DNA from: Minisyncoccota bacterium
GTDB lineage: Bacteria; Patescibacteriota; Minisyncoccia; Phycocordibacterales; CAIZLB01
Length of the DNA: 64,000 nt
Assembly: GCA_021734945.1 (NCBI GenBank)
Contig: JAIPIA010000003.1
Location: 28,895 to 92,894, forward strand
Reading direction: 5' to 3'
In this document: piece after piece, positions 17,189 to 27,562 of the stretch
How positions within the stretch are numbered: the first letter of the stretch is position 1
Layout: each line of letters starts with the position of its first letter
Notes under the pieces: model-generated
Seen by the model: only the letters and a program-made list of their open reading frames with translations
What the model was told of the DNA's origin: nothing
Database searches by the model: none
Translations under genes and position numbers: made by a program

Positions 17189-17212
17189 CCAGATAATAAT
17201 AGGACTGGCAAT
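17177..17212 (-). terminator. Rho-independent terminator after pheT.
   Basis: TTGCCAGTCC-loop-GGACTGGCAA followed by TTTT on the minus strand. Confidence 0.6.
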
Positions 17213-17259
17213 ATGTGTCAAATATTTCGAAAGACTAAAAATATGGAAAGATTCTCACA

Positions 17260-19431
17260 TTATCTCACCTCCCACCCTACCTGAGCAGCTAAGACATCGG
17301 TTATCGATTTCATTGCACCACTCACTTCTTCTTCAGTAAGAGTTCGCTCTGTAGACTGAAATACAAGTCTATATGCATATGAAGTCTTTACAGGCTCCCC
17401 TTCTTTTCTTTTTGTGAATACATCAAACAAAGTTGTTTTAACTAAGAGCTTTTTCTGTTCATCATTAAGTGAACCTACTATCACATTTAAAACATCTGCG
17501 TCAGCGTGCCGTTCGCCTGGTACAAAGACCGCTATATCTCGCGCTGAAAATGGATACTGCGAAATTGGTTTAAATCTAAGTGATGGTTTTTCAGACCCTT
17601 CATTTCCAACCAAATGTGCAGATTCACAATAAGTTCCCATATCAGCGTCAGAAGATGTTTCTGTTTGAGAATCTATTAATCCATCAATATCAAACTCAAC
17701 CACATATCCAGAACACGGAGTTTGAGCATCACCATTCAATTCAATAAATCGCATTTCAGGAACAGATGAAGCGCCGACTGTTTCTATAATATAATGTGCG
17801 ATTGCAGAAAGTTCCGTCTTTGGGTCATGACCTTTTGGCTGTTTTGATCGAGCGATACCAAATGCCACAGTATGCTTCTCACAAAAACCAGCTGGAGATT
17901 TTTCATCTTGTACGCCGAAATTCATACCAAACACTTTTCCAATTTCAAACATACGTATTTCTTTAAGACCAAGTAAGTCAGCATTTTTTATATTTGAAAG
18001 AAACTTCTTTGAAAAACCATACGAAATAGAATCACGCATTCGAGAACGCTCAGAAGTAAGAGGATTTTGGACCTCCATAGTCCCCTCATCAGTTAGTGAA
18101 TATGTATATACTTCAGAAAAACCAATATCCGCGAGAGTCTTTCGAATTACATTATGGTAATAATAATTTTTTAGAATAACTCTGTCTGATTCAGAGCTTG
18201 GTGTTACACCTTTCACTTTGTCATACCCATATATTCGTCCAATGTCATCAATAATATCTTCTGTAATAGTTATATCTCTTCGATATGGTGGAATGGCAAT
18301 CAAAAACTCGACATCTGTTTTAGGTTCAGTATCTTTTGTTTCCAAATTTTCTGCATCGCTTGCGTCTACAACAAAACCACATCTAGTCAGAATCTGTTCA
18401 ATTGTTTTTGAATCAATAGCCGTCCCGAGCCGTTCAACAATATCTTGTAACCAAACTGAAATATTTTTCTGTGGCTGAGGATTTGGATATATGTCAATCA
18501 CCTGCCCAACTCGAACAGATGAATCAAGCTTCTTTATATATGAAGTAAGAAGTGATTCTGCAAGACCTGCTCTTTCTGGAGTAATAGCATTCTCAAAACG
18601 CTTTGATGCGTCTGTACGTACACCTGTCTTTTGAGCAGCCTTTCGTACAAGTACAGGATTAAAGCATGCCGCACTTGTCATTACGCGCTTAGTATTTGTA
18701 TCAAGCTCTGCCTTCTTTCCACCCTTTATTCCCGCGATATCAAGAGGACCCTCATCATCTGCAATAACCATAATAGATGCATCCAGTTGAATGACTTTAT
18801 TATCAAGTGTTGTCACTGTTTCACCCACTCGAGCTCGTCGAATAACAACGTCACCTTTAACTTTGTCTGCATCAAACACATGGAGAGGCTGACCTGTTTC
18901 CATCATAAAATAGTTTGTAAGATCAACAATTGCATTTATCGAACGCTGCCCTAGTACTTCAAGCTTGTTTTTGAGCCAATCCGGAGAACTCGCAACCGTA
19001 ACATTTTCAATAACACGAGTTACATATCTCTCCGCAAGTGGAGCAATCTCTCCTTCAGTGTCACCTACTGCGTCACCTGTGGTTGAAACATTATCAATAC
19101 TCTTATTTTCCTCAATGGAAACATTAAAAACATACTCCGTTTCTTCGACATCAAATTCTTCAACTTCAGGCACAACATATTCATATCCCAAAAGTGCACC
19201 AATTTCCTGTGCTATATACCTATGCGATAAACAATATGCCGCTCTGTCTGGCAAAACCTTTACATCAAGTACAGTGTCCTCTATAGAACCATCAATACTG
19301 TCAGCAGTCTTTGTGCGTTTTTCAACAGCCTCAATTTCAAAAACCCCCATCGTAATGATGTCTGCAAGTTTTTCCGGTTCAGGAAGTTTTTCTTTGAAAT
19401 ATGTTTGAAGCCAATTGTAAGATACGAGCAT
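17260..19431 (-). CDS. pheT: Phenylalanine--tRNA ligase beta subunit.
   Basis: 723 aa. The B3/B4 and B5-like regions and the C-terminal anticodon-binding domain are present. It lies directly downstream of pheS. Confidence 0.85.
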   Translation of the reverse strand: MLVSYNWLQTYFKEKLPEPEKLADIITMGVFEIEAVEKRTKTADSIDGSIEDTVLDVKVLPDRAAYCLSHRYIAQEIGALLGYEYVVPEVEEFDVEETEYVFNVSIEENKSIDNVSTTGDAVGDTEGEIAPLAERYVTRVIENVTVASSPDWLKNKLEVLGQRSINAIVDLTNYFMMETGQPLHVFDADKVKGDVVIRRARVGETVTTLDNKVIQLDASIMVIADDEGPLDIAGIKGGKKAELDTNTKRVMTSAACFNPVLVRKAAQKTGVRTDASKRFENAITPERAGLAESLLTSYIKKLDSSVRVGQVIDIYPNPQPQKNISVWLQDIVERLGTAIDSKTIEQILTRCGFVVDASDAENLETKDTEPKTDVEFLIAIPPYRRDITITEDIIDDIGRIYGYDKVKGVTPSSESDRVILKNYYYHNVIRKTLADIGFSEVYTYSLTDEGTMEVQNPLTSERSRMRDSISYGFSKKFLSNIKNADLLGLKEIRMFEIGKVFGMNFGVQDEKSPAGFCEKHTVAFGIARSKQPKGHDPKTELSAIAHYIIETVGASSVPEMRFIELNGDAQTPCSGYVVEFDIDGLIDSQTETSSDADMGTYCESAHLVGNEGSEKPSLRFKPISQYPFSARDIAVFVPGERHADADVLNVIVGSLNDEQKKLLVKTTLFDVFTKRKEGEPVKTSYAYRLVFQSTERTLTEEEVSGAMKSITDVLAAQVGWEVR

Positions 19432-19523
19432 GTTTTTATTATTTCTAAAATTTCTATAAAGTTTGGATAAAATTTTCCTGACTATTCAATAAATTTTCTA
19501 CATTCATATAAATTTCTATGAAC

Positions 19524-20270
19524 TTAGAACTGATTTACAAGCCTCAGATCTCCACTATACAAATGTCGAATGTCATCGATACCATACTTGAGCATTACAA
19601 GTCGATCGAGACCCATTCCGAATGCAAATGCCTGCCACTCTTTTGGATCAAGACCAGCGTTTTGCAAAACCTCAGGATGAGTTAGACCTCCTCCAAGTAT
19701 TTCAAGCCACTTATCTTTCCATCGCACATCTATCTCAACACCAGGTTCTACGAATGAAAAATAGCTTGGTCGAAAACGAATTTCCGCTTCAGGTCCAAAG
19801 AATTCTTTTGCAAAAAATTCAAGCGTACCTTTTAAATCTGCCATTGAAACTTTTTTTGCAACCATCATTCCCTCTATTTGAAAAAACTCTGCTTCATGAG
19901 TTGCATCAGTCGCTTCATTTCTAAAAACTTTTCCTGGAACAATAATTTTGAAAGGAGGTTTATGTGATTCTGTGTATCGAACCTGTACACCAGACGTATG
20001 AGTACGTGGAACAAGTCTTTCACCTTTTGAACCTACATCACGCATCCAAAAAGTATCCTGCATATCTCTTGATGGATGATCCTTTGGAGTACGAAGTGCA
20101 TCAAAGTTATAAAACTCTGTTTCAATCTGAGGTCCCTCAGCAACAGCAAAACCCATTTTTGCAAAAATGTTTTGAATTTCTTGAATTACTTGTGTAATTG
20201 GATGGATATGACCCATCGGAACATCGCCTTTTAGGCTCTCTAGGGTATTTATTTCAGAATCATTAGACAT
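19524..20270 (-). CDS. pheS: Phenylalanine--tRNA ligase alpha subunit (short form, 248 aa).
   Basis: Class II motifs are present: FNFDALRTPKDHPSRDMQDTFW, and motif 3 FAFGMGLDRLVMLKYGIDDIR. Confidence 0.9.
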   Translation of the reverse strand: MSNDSEINTLESLKGDVPMGHIHPITQVIQEIQNIFAKMGFAVAEGPQIETEFYNFDALRTPKDHPSRDMQDTFWMRDVGSKGERLVPRTHTSGVQVRYTESHKPPFKIIVPGKVFRNEATDATHEAEFFQIEGMMVAKKVSMADLKGTLEFFAKEFFGPEAEIRFRPSYFSFVEPGVEIDVRWKDKWLEILGGGLTHPEVLQNAGLDPKEWQAFAFGMGLDRLVMLKYGIDDIRHLYSGDLRLVNQF

Positions 20271-20406
20271 GTCTCAAAGTATAGCTGAAAATTGAAAAAA
20301 GCCCAAAATACTGTATATTAGTACTTATACACGACATCCTGTGGCAACATATAGCCAAACCGCGACAACTAGAAAAATATCTCTATCCAACACACATTCA
20401 CCCTAA

Positions 20407-21645
20407 ATGGACCTCTTCTTCACCAGCTTTCTATATACATTCTTGTTTGTAGTCCTCTACTTTCAAGTCTTTTTGATTCTGACTTTATTGGAGAATAAAG
20501 AAAATCTCGACATAACTGGTGGCCATACTCTCGAAAGAAAACCAAGCGTTACTATAATTGTACCTATTTTCAATGAGGAAAAGACAGTAGTTAAGACAGT
20601 ACTCTCCCTACTTGATCTCAATTATCCAAAAGACAAGCTTTTTGTGATGGTTGTAGATGACGGATCAAAAGACAATAGTTGGAATGTCGTACAGCAGTTC
20701 GCTGGTAACCCACAAGTACTTCTTCATAAGAAAGAAAATGGAGGAAAGTACACTGCGCTCAACTACGCTATTGAACATGCAACAAGTGAACTAATCGGAT
20801 GTCTTGATGCTGACTCATTTGTAGACAGTGAAGCTCTTATTCATATGATGCCTTATTTTGATAATCCAGAAGTAGCAGCTGTTACTCCATCACTCAAGAT
20901 TCAGGACCCTGATAGTATTTTAGGTATGGTTCAAAGTGCCGAATATTCTATGGGTGTATTTACGAGAAAGATCCTCGGACTACTTGATGCACAGTATGTA
21001 ACGCCTGGGCCATTCTCAATTTTCCGAAGAGAAGTATTTAGCAAAGTCGGAATGTATAAGCATGCTCACAATACTGAAGATCTCGAGATGGCTCTACGAC
21101 TACAGGATCATCACTACAAAATTACAAATGCTCACAAAGCGGTCGTGTACACAGTAGGACCTCGAACTCTCTACAAACTTTACAAGCAAAGAGTTCGATG
21201 GACAGGAGGATTTATTCAAAACACCATTGACTACAAGAAGATGATTTTGAATCCAAAGTATGGAAACCTCGGAGTGCTTATCCTTCCCCTTGCAATGTAT
21301 AGTATCGCCGGATCAATGATTTTCTTGTGTTACAACGTATATACCTTTGCATCAAATATGATAAGAGAAATCGAACGACTTAACTTAGTTGGATTTAGTT
21401 GGGATTTCCACGCCTTCACCCTAGAATGGTATTTTTATAATCTACAAACAACGTTCTTCCTTGGGATATTTGCTATCGGGGTCGTCTTGTTTGCAATTTG
21501 GTATGGTAAAAAATTGACAGGCATCAAAGACAAGAACTCATTTGACTTCGTGTACTTCCTCCTTATATATTCACTTATATCACCTCTTTGGCTCGTCACC
21601 TCGGTGTATAATACGGTCATAAAAAGAGACGCAGCATGGAGATAA
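20407..21645 (+). CDS. Processive family-2 glycosyltransferase (cellulose/chitin/PNAG-synthase-like), membrane-embedded.
   Basis: VTIIVPIFNEE...VVDDGSKDNS (DxD). The QRVRW motif (QxxRW) is present. Flanking TM helices are predicted. Confidence 0.75.
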   Translation: MDLFFTSFLYTFLFVVLYFQVFLILTLLENKENLDITGGHTLERKPSVTIIVPIFNEEKTVVKTVLSLLDLNYPKDKLFVMVVDDGSKDNSWNVVQQFAGNPQVLLHKKENGGKYTALNYAIEHATSELIGCLDADSFVDSEALIHMMPYFDNPEVAAVTPSLKIQDPDSILGMVQSAEYSMGVFTRKILGLLDAQYVTPGPFSIFRREVFSKVGMYKHAHNTEDLEMALRLQDHHYKITNAHKAVVYTVGPRTLYKLYKQRVRWTGGFIQNTIDYKKMILNPKYGNLGVLILPLAMYSIAGSMIFLCYNVYTFASNMIREIERLNLVGFSWDFHAFTLEWYFYNLQTTFFLGIFAIGVVLFAIWYGKKLTGIKDKNSFDFVYFLLIYSLISPLWLVTSVYNTVIKRDAAWR

Positions 21646-21725
21646 ATTTGAATACAGTAGTCGCAATATAACCGCTACAAATTTACAAAAAAAATAAACT
21701 TATAAGCACAACTAACCAAAAAAAT

Positions 21726-22466
21726 ATGAGACAACCAATAGATAGAAACAAATACATTATTACATTCATTATCACAGCTATTATTTTTGCTGGTATGCTT
21801 TATGTAAACAACATCCTCGACCAAAAGCGTTTTGGTGATACTAAAGCTATTCAAGATCAGATTTCTCTCGACCTCCTCTCATCAGAGACCCAATTTAACC
21901 TACTCAAGGAGACATCATGCAAGAACGTAGATGGATCTATACTTTCCAAGGAACTCAATTCTCTCGCAACAAAACTAACCTATCTTGAAGCCAACGACTC
22001 CGGTAGCAAGAGCGCAGAACTTATTTATTTGAAAAAATACTACTCACTACTTGAAATCAAAGACTCATTGTTGATGAAGCAGCTCAGTCAAAAATGTAGT
22101 TCAAATCCAATTTCTGTCCTTTATTTCTATGGGGACAAAAAAGACTGCCCTGCATGTGAAGATATGAGCTATGTACTCACTCATCTTCGTGAGCAGTATC
22201 CCGAATTACGTATTTATTCATTTGATACAAACCTAAATCTTTCTGCAATTGATACTCTTAAATCAATATACAAAATAGATGAGAGAAAACTGCCCGCTAT
22301 TGTATATAATGACGATTCTTATACTGGATTTAAATCAATTGAAGAGATGAAAAATATTATTCCTGATTTAAAAAAGTTAGACAAAATTCAAGAGGACAAG
22401 AAAGCAGCTGAAGCTAAGACAAAAACAAACGGAGACAAAGCTACTACTTCTGGAGGAGCGCTATAA
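21726..22466 (+). CDS. Membrane-anchored CxxC protein, possibly with a thioredoxin/DsbA-like fold.
   Basis: N-terminal TM segment, a CPAC motif (GDKKDCPACEDM), and a Lys-rich C-terminus. Confidence 0.35.
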   Translation: MRQPIDRNKYIITFIITAIIFAGMLYVNNILDQKRFGDTKAIQDQISLDLLSSETQFNLLKETSCKNVDGSILSKELNSLATKLTYLEANDSGSKSAELIYLKKYYSLLEIKDSLLMKQLSQKCSSNPISVLYFYGDKKDCPACEDMSYVLTHLREQYPELRIYSFDTNLNLSAIDTLKSIYKIDERKLPAIVYNDDSYTGFKSIEEMKNIIPDLKKLDKIQEDKKAAEAKTKTNGDKATTSGGAL

Positions 22467-22542
22467 ACCTAAAGACAAACTGATAGATTTTAAGATTTTC
22501 CATTACTTATTTCTAGGTCATATCCTATGATATAATTTTGGA

Positions 22543-24450
22543 ATGCAAATCTATTCTAAAAAATCAAAATCCTTATTATTTATACTTCCAGCGAGTATAT
22601 TATGCGCGCTTATTTTTTGCGTAAAAACAAACCATTTGGATGCAGCCACTCTAAAGGTTTCTGATATACCTACTGCTTTTAATTTTTCAAAAAATTTGAA
22701 GCAGGGCGACTCAATAAATCCTGACGTCGCTTACCTACAGTTTATACTTGACCAAAGTGGAGATACTCAAGTAGCTGCCTCAGGACCAGGGTCTCTCGAT
22801 GATATAACCAATTATTTTGGTTCAAAGACAAAGCTTGCCGTTATGAATTTTCAAGAAAAATTTAGAAATGACATCCTTACTCCAGCAAATATTCCTAAAC
22901 CTACAGGTTTTGTAGGAGAAAGAACTCGTGCAAAGCTTAATCAGATTCTTGGTATTTTATTGAGCGGATCATACTCTGAATCAAATATCTTTGCTCCTCT
23001 ACCTGACGCTGTTTCTTCTTCAGGCATCTCAAACCAATCAAATGCATATACATCAAACCTCTCAAACTCTACTGCGAGTGGAGTAGTTAACACATCTACT
23101 AGTTCGACTGTAAATCCAGCAAATTTACCGCTTATTAGTAGCTTTTCTACATTCAAAGCAATAAGTGGACAATTTATGAGTCTTTTTGGAGCACAGTTCC
23201 ACCCAACAAAAAATACAGTTTATTTGGGTTCAGAGAATATTGGAGTATATCCATCGCTAGACAATGGAACTAAAATCACTTTTAAAGTGCCTCCTACGCT
23301 TGAGACAGGCTCATACGAGGCTGGTGTAGCAAACACATATGGAACAACGTCTACAGGCTACATGTATTTAAATGTGACTAAACCAGAGATCTCTTCTACT
23401 ACTCCTATTATCAGCTTTACGCCTTCACTCACTACTATTTATCCAAACACATCAAAAAATCTTAATGACCTTGTGTTTCTGTATGGTGAGAATTTTTCAT
23501 TTAACAACACTCTTGAAACAAATTTGGGTAATACTGTAGTTCGCTCTACTGACAGAAAAACTTTATCATTTTTGATTGGAGAGTTGCCGTACTATATGGA
23601 TGCTTTTAAAAAATACAAAAACCAATCTATAAATGTATTGATCAAACTTCGAAATGAAAATGGTCTCAGTAAAGAGCAACTCGTACATGTAATTAACTTC
23701 CCTAATTCAGGTACACCTACTGTAAACACATCTCTCCAGGCAGCCCCTCCATCATTTGATACTTCAAGCACAACAGATGACGCCTACGAGACAGCCTACA
23801 GACGGCAGGCGGAGTCCACAGCAGCGACAAACAATTCTACAGCCTCTAGCAGTGGCAGTGGATCAGGTTCAAGTGGCGACTCAGGTGAAAGTAGTGGAAG
23901 CTCTCTAATGGGGGGAATGTCTGACCCCAGCTCAATGCTAGATAGTGCCAAACCTCCAGCTGATCCCCTCCTCGAACAACTAAGAGAAGTGAGTCCTGTA
24001 CATAAATTCATAACTGATCCACTTGTAAAGGGCGGTAGTAACCCCTTAAGTAGCCTTACAGGAGGGGGCTCAAGTTCAGGTGGTGGTGCAGCACTTGGAG
24101 GTGCAGGTGGTGGAAGTGGAGGCTCATCAGGTGGAAGTAGCATGACAGATTTTGGGGGTACAATCACTCAAGCAACGGTTTGTACCTGTAGTATAGGTTT
24201 ACCAACACTACTATCTATAAGAGATGTCCGAGGTAACACTATTCAAGCGATGTATCAGCCTGGTCTTTCTTCATTAAAAGAAAACTACAATATTTGGACT
24301 CCAAATGTAAGTACACTAGGTGGAATGTATTCTGGTGGACAGTCCTGTCAGGTTGGAGTAAGTCCGTACTGTAGCAGTCAAGGAACTGCTCAGTATACTA
24401 TCGACTTCATCAGAGGAATTGGAACAAGTCTTGTGCCAGCAGGAAAATAA
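22543..24450 (+). CDS. Secreted protein with an N-terminal peptidoglycan-binding (PG_binding_1-like) domain, Ser/Thr/Gly-rich linkers and a Cys-containing C-terminal domain.
   Basis: Signal peptide LLFILPASILCALIFC. The PG-binding-like block is DVAYLQFILDQSG...GSLDDITNYFGSKTKLAVMNFQEKF. A GGSSSGGG tract and a C-terminal CTCS...CQVGVSPYCSS block follow. Confidence 0.5.
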   Translation: MQIYSKKSKSLLFILPASILCALIFCVKTNHLDAATLKVSDIPTAFNFSKNLKQGDSINPDVAYLQFILDQSGDTQVAASGPGSLDDITNYFGSKTKLAVMNFQEKFRNDILTPANIPKPTGFVGERTRAKLNQILGILLSGSYSESNIFAPLPDAVSSSGISNQSNAYTSNLSNSTASGVVNTSTSSTVNPANLPLISSFSTFKAISGQFMSLFGAQFHPTKNTVYLGSENIGVYPSLDNGTKITFKVPPTLETGSYEAGVANTYGTTSTGYMYLNVTKPEISSTTPIISFTPSLTTIYPNTSKNLNDLVFLYGENFSFNNTLETNLGNTVVRSTDRKTLSFLIGELPYYMDAFKKYKNQSINVLIKLRNENGLSKEQLVHVINFPNSGTPTVNTSLQAAPPSFDTSSTTDDAYETAYRRQAESTAATNNSTASSSGSGSGSSGDSGESSGSSLMGGMSDPSSMLDSAKPPADPLLEQLREVSPVHKFITDPLVKGGSNPLSSLTGGGSSSGGGAALGGAGGGSGGSSGGSSMTDFGGTITQATVCTCSIGLPTLLSIRDVRGNTIQAMYQPGLSSLKENYNIWTPNVSTLGGMYSGGQSCQVGVSPYCSSQGTAQYTIDFIRGIGTSLVPAGK

Positions 24451-24472
24451 AATAGAAAATAGAGTCACAATA

Positions 24473-24508
24473 AAAAAACAGCACCGACTAGGATGCTGTT
24501 TTTTTATG
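24473..24508. terminator. Bidirectional rho-independent terminator.
   Basis: AAAAAAA-CAGCACC-GACTA-GGATGCTG-TTTTTTT. It lies between the convergent 22543..24450 gene and tRNA-Thr. Confidence 0.65.
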
Positions 24509-24510
24509 TT

Positions 24511-24586
24511 TGGAGCCGCCTCCCAGATTCGAACTGGGGACCTACTGTTTACAAAACAGTTGCTCTACCAGCTGAGCTAAGGCGGC
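24511..24586 (-). tRNA. tRNA-Thr (anticodon UGU), with encoded CCA.
   Basis: The RC sequence is GCCGCCTTAGCTCAGCTGGTAGAGCA-ACTGT-TTTGTAA-ACAGT-AGGTC-CCCAG-TTCGAAT-CTGGG-AGGCGGC-T-CCA. It folds as a cloverleaf with a TGT anticodon. Confidence 0.85.
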
Positions 24587-24712
24587 ATATGTACTAACTG
24601 GTACCGAAGAGTTTATCAAAAATATTTCATCTTGTAAACGGCTTTTTTACTTGATTTTACAACGTACTTATTGTCCTACTTTAGTTAAGTTTTATAATAA
24701 ATCTGAGCAAAA

Positions 24713-25087
24713 TTAGAGTGAACCCTGCTTCTTGCTGTCTTCTATGTTTTTTAAGAAAAATGAAACTGATCCACGATTTTTAGGAATGTCCCTACCTGTA
24801 ACTACATCACCTACTATAGAAAATTTGTGGCTCAATCTGTGAAAAACGTTCATTATGTGCTTTTCGAGTTCCACCATAGATCGACGTAAAGTATGTTTAC
24901 TATTAATAGGGTGCACATGATAGAGCTTATCCTTACTACCCTGCCAAAACAGTCGGAGAGCATAATCTGCATTTGAAGAACCCACCTTAAGTAACGACTT
25001 ACCTGTTTTAAGCTCTCTCTGCTTGTTTGCGAGTATTGAGACGAGACACACAAGTGAAGCAACGAGTATTGTTATTAGAGTGATCAT
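24713..25087 (-). CDS. Hypothetical membrane-anchored protein.
   Basis: 124 aa with an N-terminal TM helix and no recognisable domain. Confidence 0.4.
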   Translation of the reverse strand: MITLITILVASLVCLVSILANKQRELKTGKSLLKVGSSNADYALRLFWQGSKDKLYHVHPINSKHTLRRSMVELEKHIMNVFHRLSHKFSIVGDVVTGRDIPKNRGSVSFFLKNIEDSKKQGSL

Positions 25088-25147
25088 ATTTATATATTAT
25101 ACAACTAAGTGCATAAGTATGGGATTACTTATGCACTTAGTTAGTTA

Positions 25148-25741
25148 TTACTTTCCTACTGCCATTCGCTTGAATCCTGCAACTTCAATTCTTTCACCAA
25201 ATTTCTGGATAGCATTATCAAGTAGCTGCTGAATTGTAAGATCTGGATTCTTGATAAATGGCTGTTCAAGAAGGATTTTATCCTTAAAATAGGCTTCGAG
25301 TTTACCAGCAAGAATCTGTTCTTTTAGATTTTCTGGCTTGCCTTCTACTTCAGCCTGGAACACTTCCATTGCCTTAGTCTTTATAGCATCATTAATCTCA
25401 TCTTTCTTGATAAAATCAGGATTTGTAGCTGAAACATGCATAGCTATGTCGTATGCGAGAGCTTTGAACTCAGCATTGTTCGACACGAAGTCAGTTTCTG
25501 AAACAAGTTCAACGAGAGCTCCTACAGCACCATTTGCATGAATGTATGCTGATACTGCACCTGCACCGAACTCTCGATCTCCTTTCTTTGCAGCAATCTC
25601 AGCACCTTTCTTTCGGAGAAGAATCATCGCCTTCTCTTCATCACCAGCTGCCTCTTCTAGAGCTTTTTTACACTGCATAACAGAGATACCTGTTTTTTCT
25701 CGTAATGCTTTTATTTGTTCCATTGAAATTTCTGATGCCAT
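25148..25741 (-). CDS. tsf: Elongation factor Ts.
   Basis: EQIKALREKTGISVMQCKKALEEAAGD (UBA-like N-terminus) followed by the dimerisation core. It lies downstream of rpsB. Confidence 0.9.
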   Translation of the reverse strand: MASEISMEQIKALREKTGISVMQCKKALEEAAGDEEKAMILLRKKGAEIAAKKGDREFGAGAVSAYIHANGAVGALVELVSETDFVSNNAEFKALAYDIAMHVSATNPDFIKKDEINDAIKTKAMEVFQAEVEGKPENLKEQILAGKLEAYFKDKILLEQPFIKNPDLTIQQLLDNAIQKFGERIEVAGFKRMAVGK

Positions 25742-25827
25742 ATATATTTTTTATTATTTGAATAGTATATCAAATTATTAAGACTAACTAAAGCAAAAAG
25801 CACCCATGAAAAGTGCTTTGAATTTGC

Positions 25828-26601
25828 TTATTTTACTTCAACTTTTGAATCTGTCTTGAGTGAAGCTTGGAGTTTTTTACCTTCTGCATACGCTGCTGAA
25901 ATCTTGTCTGAAATAAATGCAACACTATCAATAGATGCATCATTTGCAACAACAGGATATGTAATGTTTGATACGTCACAATCTGATCCAGCGAGAGCTA
26001 CGATTGGGATGTTTCTCTGAACCGCCTCAGCTACTGCGATATGTTCCTTCTTTGGGTCTACTATGAAAATAGCACCAGGAATATGATTCATAGAAGTGAT
26101 ACCACCAAAAAGATCATTTAGCTTTTCGATATCTCGATCAATCATAAGTCGCTCCTTCTTTGTGTATTTTGTAAGTTCGTTCTTTTCTTTTTTAGATGTA
26201 AGGTCAAGAAGTTTCTCTACTCGTTTTCGAATAACTTCAAAGTTTGTGAAAGTACCACCAATCCATCGTCCTGCAACGTAAGGCTGCGCGATCCGGTCTG
26301 CTGCTTCTTTTACAGCCTGTCGAGCCTCACTCTTACTACCAATAAATACTACCTGCTTTCCAGAAGCTGCAATCTTTTTTACGAATTCGATAGCTGCTTC
26401 AAGCTGTGCTGAAGTTTTTTCGAGATCGAAGATTTCGATACGGTTTTTAACACCGAAAATAAATGGCTTAGTTGTTGGATGTCGTCGTGATTTTATAAAA
26501 CCATAGTGAGCGCCTACTTTGAACATAGCCTCAACCAATGGGGATTTGTTTTGTGTATCTTTTTCTGTGGTAACTTTCATATGTGAATACGATACTATCA
26601 C
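25828..26601 (-). CDS. rpsB: 30S ribosomal protein S2.
   Basis: S2 signature region HYGFIKSRRHPTTKPFIFGVKNRIEIFDLEKT. Confidence 0.9.
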   Translation of the reverse strand: MIVSYSHMKVTTEKDTQNKSPLVEAMFKVGAHYGFIKSRRHPTTKPFIFGVKNRIEIFDLEKTSAQLEAAIEFVKKIAASGKQVVFIGSKSEARQAVKEAADRIAQPYVAGRWIGGTFTNFEVIRKRVEKLLDLTSKKEKNELTKYTKKERLMIDRDIEKLNDLFGGITSMNHIPGAIFIVDPKKEHIAVAEAVQRNIPIVALAGSDCDVSNITYPVVANDASIDSVAFISDKISAAYAEGKKLQASLKTDSKVEVK

Positions 26602-26645
26602 AGGAGAGGTCCTCTTGCAACACTCAGAAGGGGCTCAAAAGTGGC

Positions 26646-27194
26646 CTATTTCTGGTTTACTGATATACAAACCGAGGACCCAACTGGAGTGTCTACATCA
26701 GAGTAGAGGGTCTGAAATAGCCCTGAATCAGAAGCTTGCGTTGTAGGGGTAAAGTAAATAACATAATCCTGATTACTATTTGTATCACCACACCATAGCC
26801 GTAGAGACGAAACACCTGTCGAATTTAGATAATAGTAAACATGACCTATACCTCCAATCACTGAAGGCGATTCACTAGGGCTCTGTTTTATATAGCCTGA
26901 TAATGGACCATCACTGTTGATAAGGGTTGAGATGTTGGTCGCAGCTTCAGGTGTACCAGGGTACTGACCACTATGTGACTGTCTATAAAGCTCTAGGGCA
27001 TTAGAAACGGACCTATAATCACCCAAAATTCTTGCAATCTCCCCTCTTGTTCTTGATACTCCGAGTGCAGTAATAACTATAGATGAAAGTAACCCAATAA
27101 TCGCAATAACTACGATAAGCTCAATCAATGTAAAACCTTTGGTATCAGTCTTTATTTTATGTTTAGTCTTATATAGTTTATTAAATATATTCAT
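26646..27194 (-). CDS. Type IV pilin-like protein (prepilin-type N-terminal cleavage/methylation domain).
   Basis: The N-terminus is KGFTLIELIVVIAIIGLLSSIV, the class III signal. Confidence 0.8.
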   Translation of the reverse strand: MNIFNKLYKTKHKIKTDTKGFTLIELIVVIAIIGLLSSIVITALGVSRTRGEIARILGDYRSVSNALELYRQSHSGQYPGTPEAATNISTLINSDGPLSGYIKQSPSESPSVIGGIGHVYYYLNSTGVSSLRLWCGDTNSNQDYVIYFTPTTQASDSGLFQTLYSDVDTPVGSSVCISVNQK

Positions 27195-27205
27195 AGTATT
27201 TAAAA

Positions 27206-27499
27206 TTACTGTTTATTGTTTCTATACGGCAAACTACTAATATAAGCATCTCTTTCATCTTCTGGTATCAATCTCATCCGAACCTCTGTCAAATCTTCAA
27301 AATAAACAACGTCTTTCGTCTGTGGTGGATTTAAAAATTTTGGAAGCATAAAAGAAGCAGCGATACACACCAAAGCAAAAAATAACATCATTATTTGATT
27401 CAATAGAGAAGATTTCTCCTGCACTTTTTTCTCATACTGCGCAGCTTGAGTATTCTCGGTATTAAAACTAACATTTTCTTCTTCAAATTCGACTGCCAT
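27206..27499 (-). CDS. Small hypothetical membrane protein.
   Basis: 97 aa with one central TM helix. Confidence 0.4.
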   Translation of the reverse strand: MAVEFEEENVSFNTENTQAAQYEKKVQEKSSLLNQIMMLFFALVCIAASFMLPKFLNPPQTKDVVYFEDLTEVRMRLIPEDERDAYISSLPYRNNKQ

Positions 27500-27562
27500 A
27501 TTAATTTACATAATAACACATTAAATACTCAGAAATGAAATACTTTCAAAACCTAATGTGGA

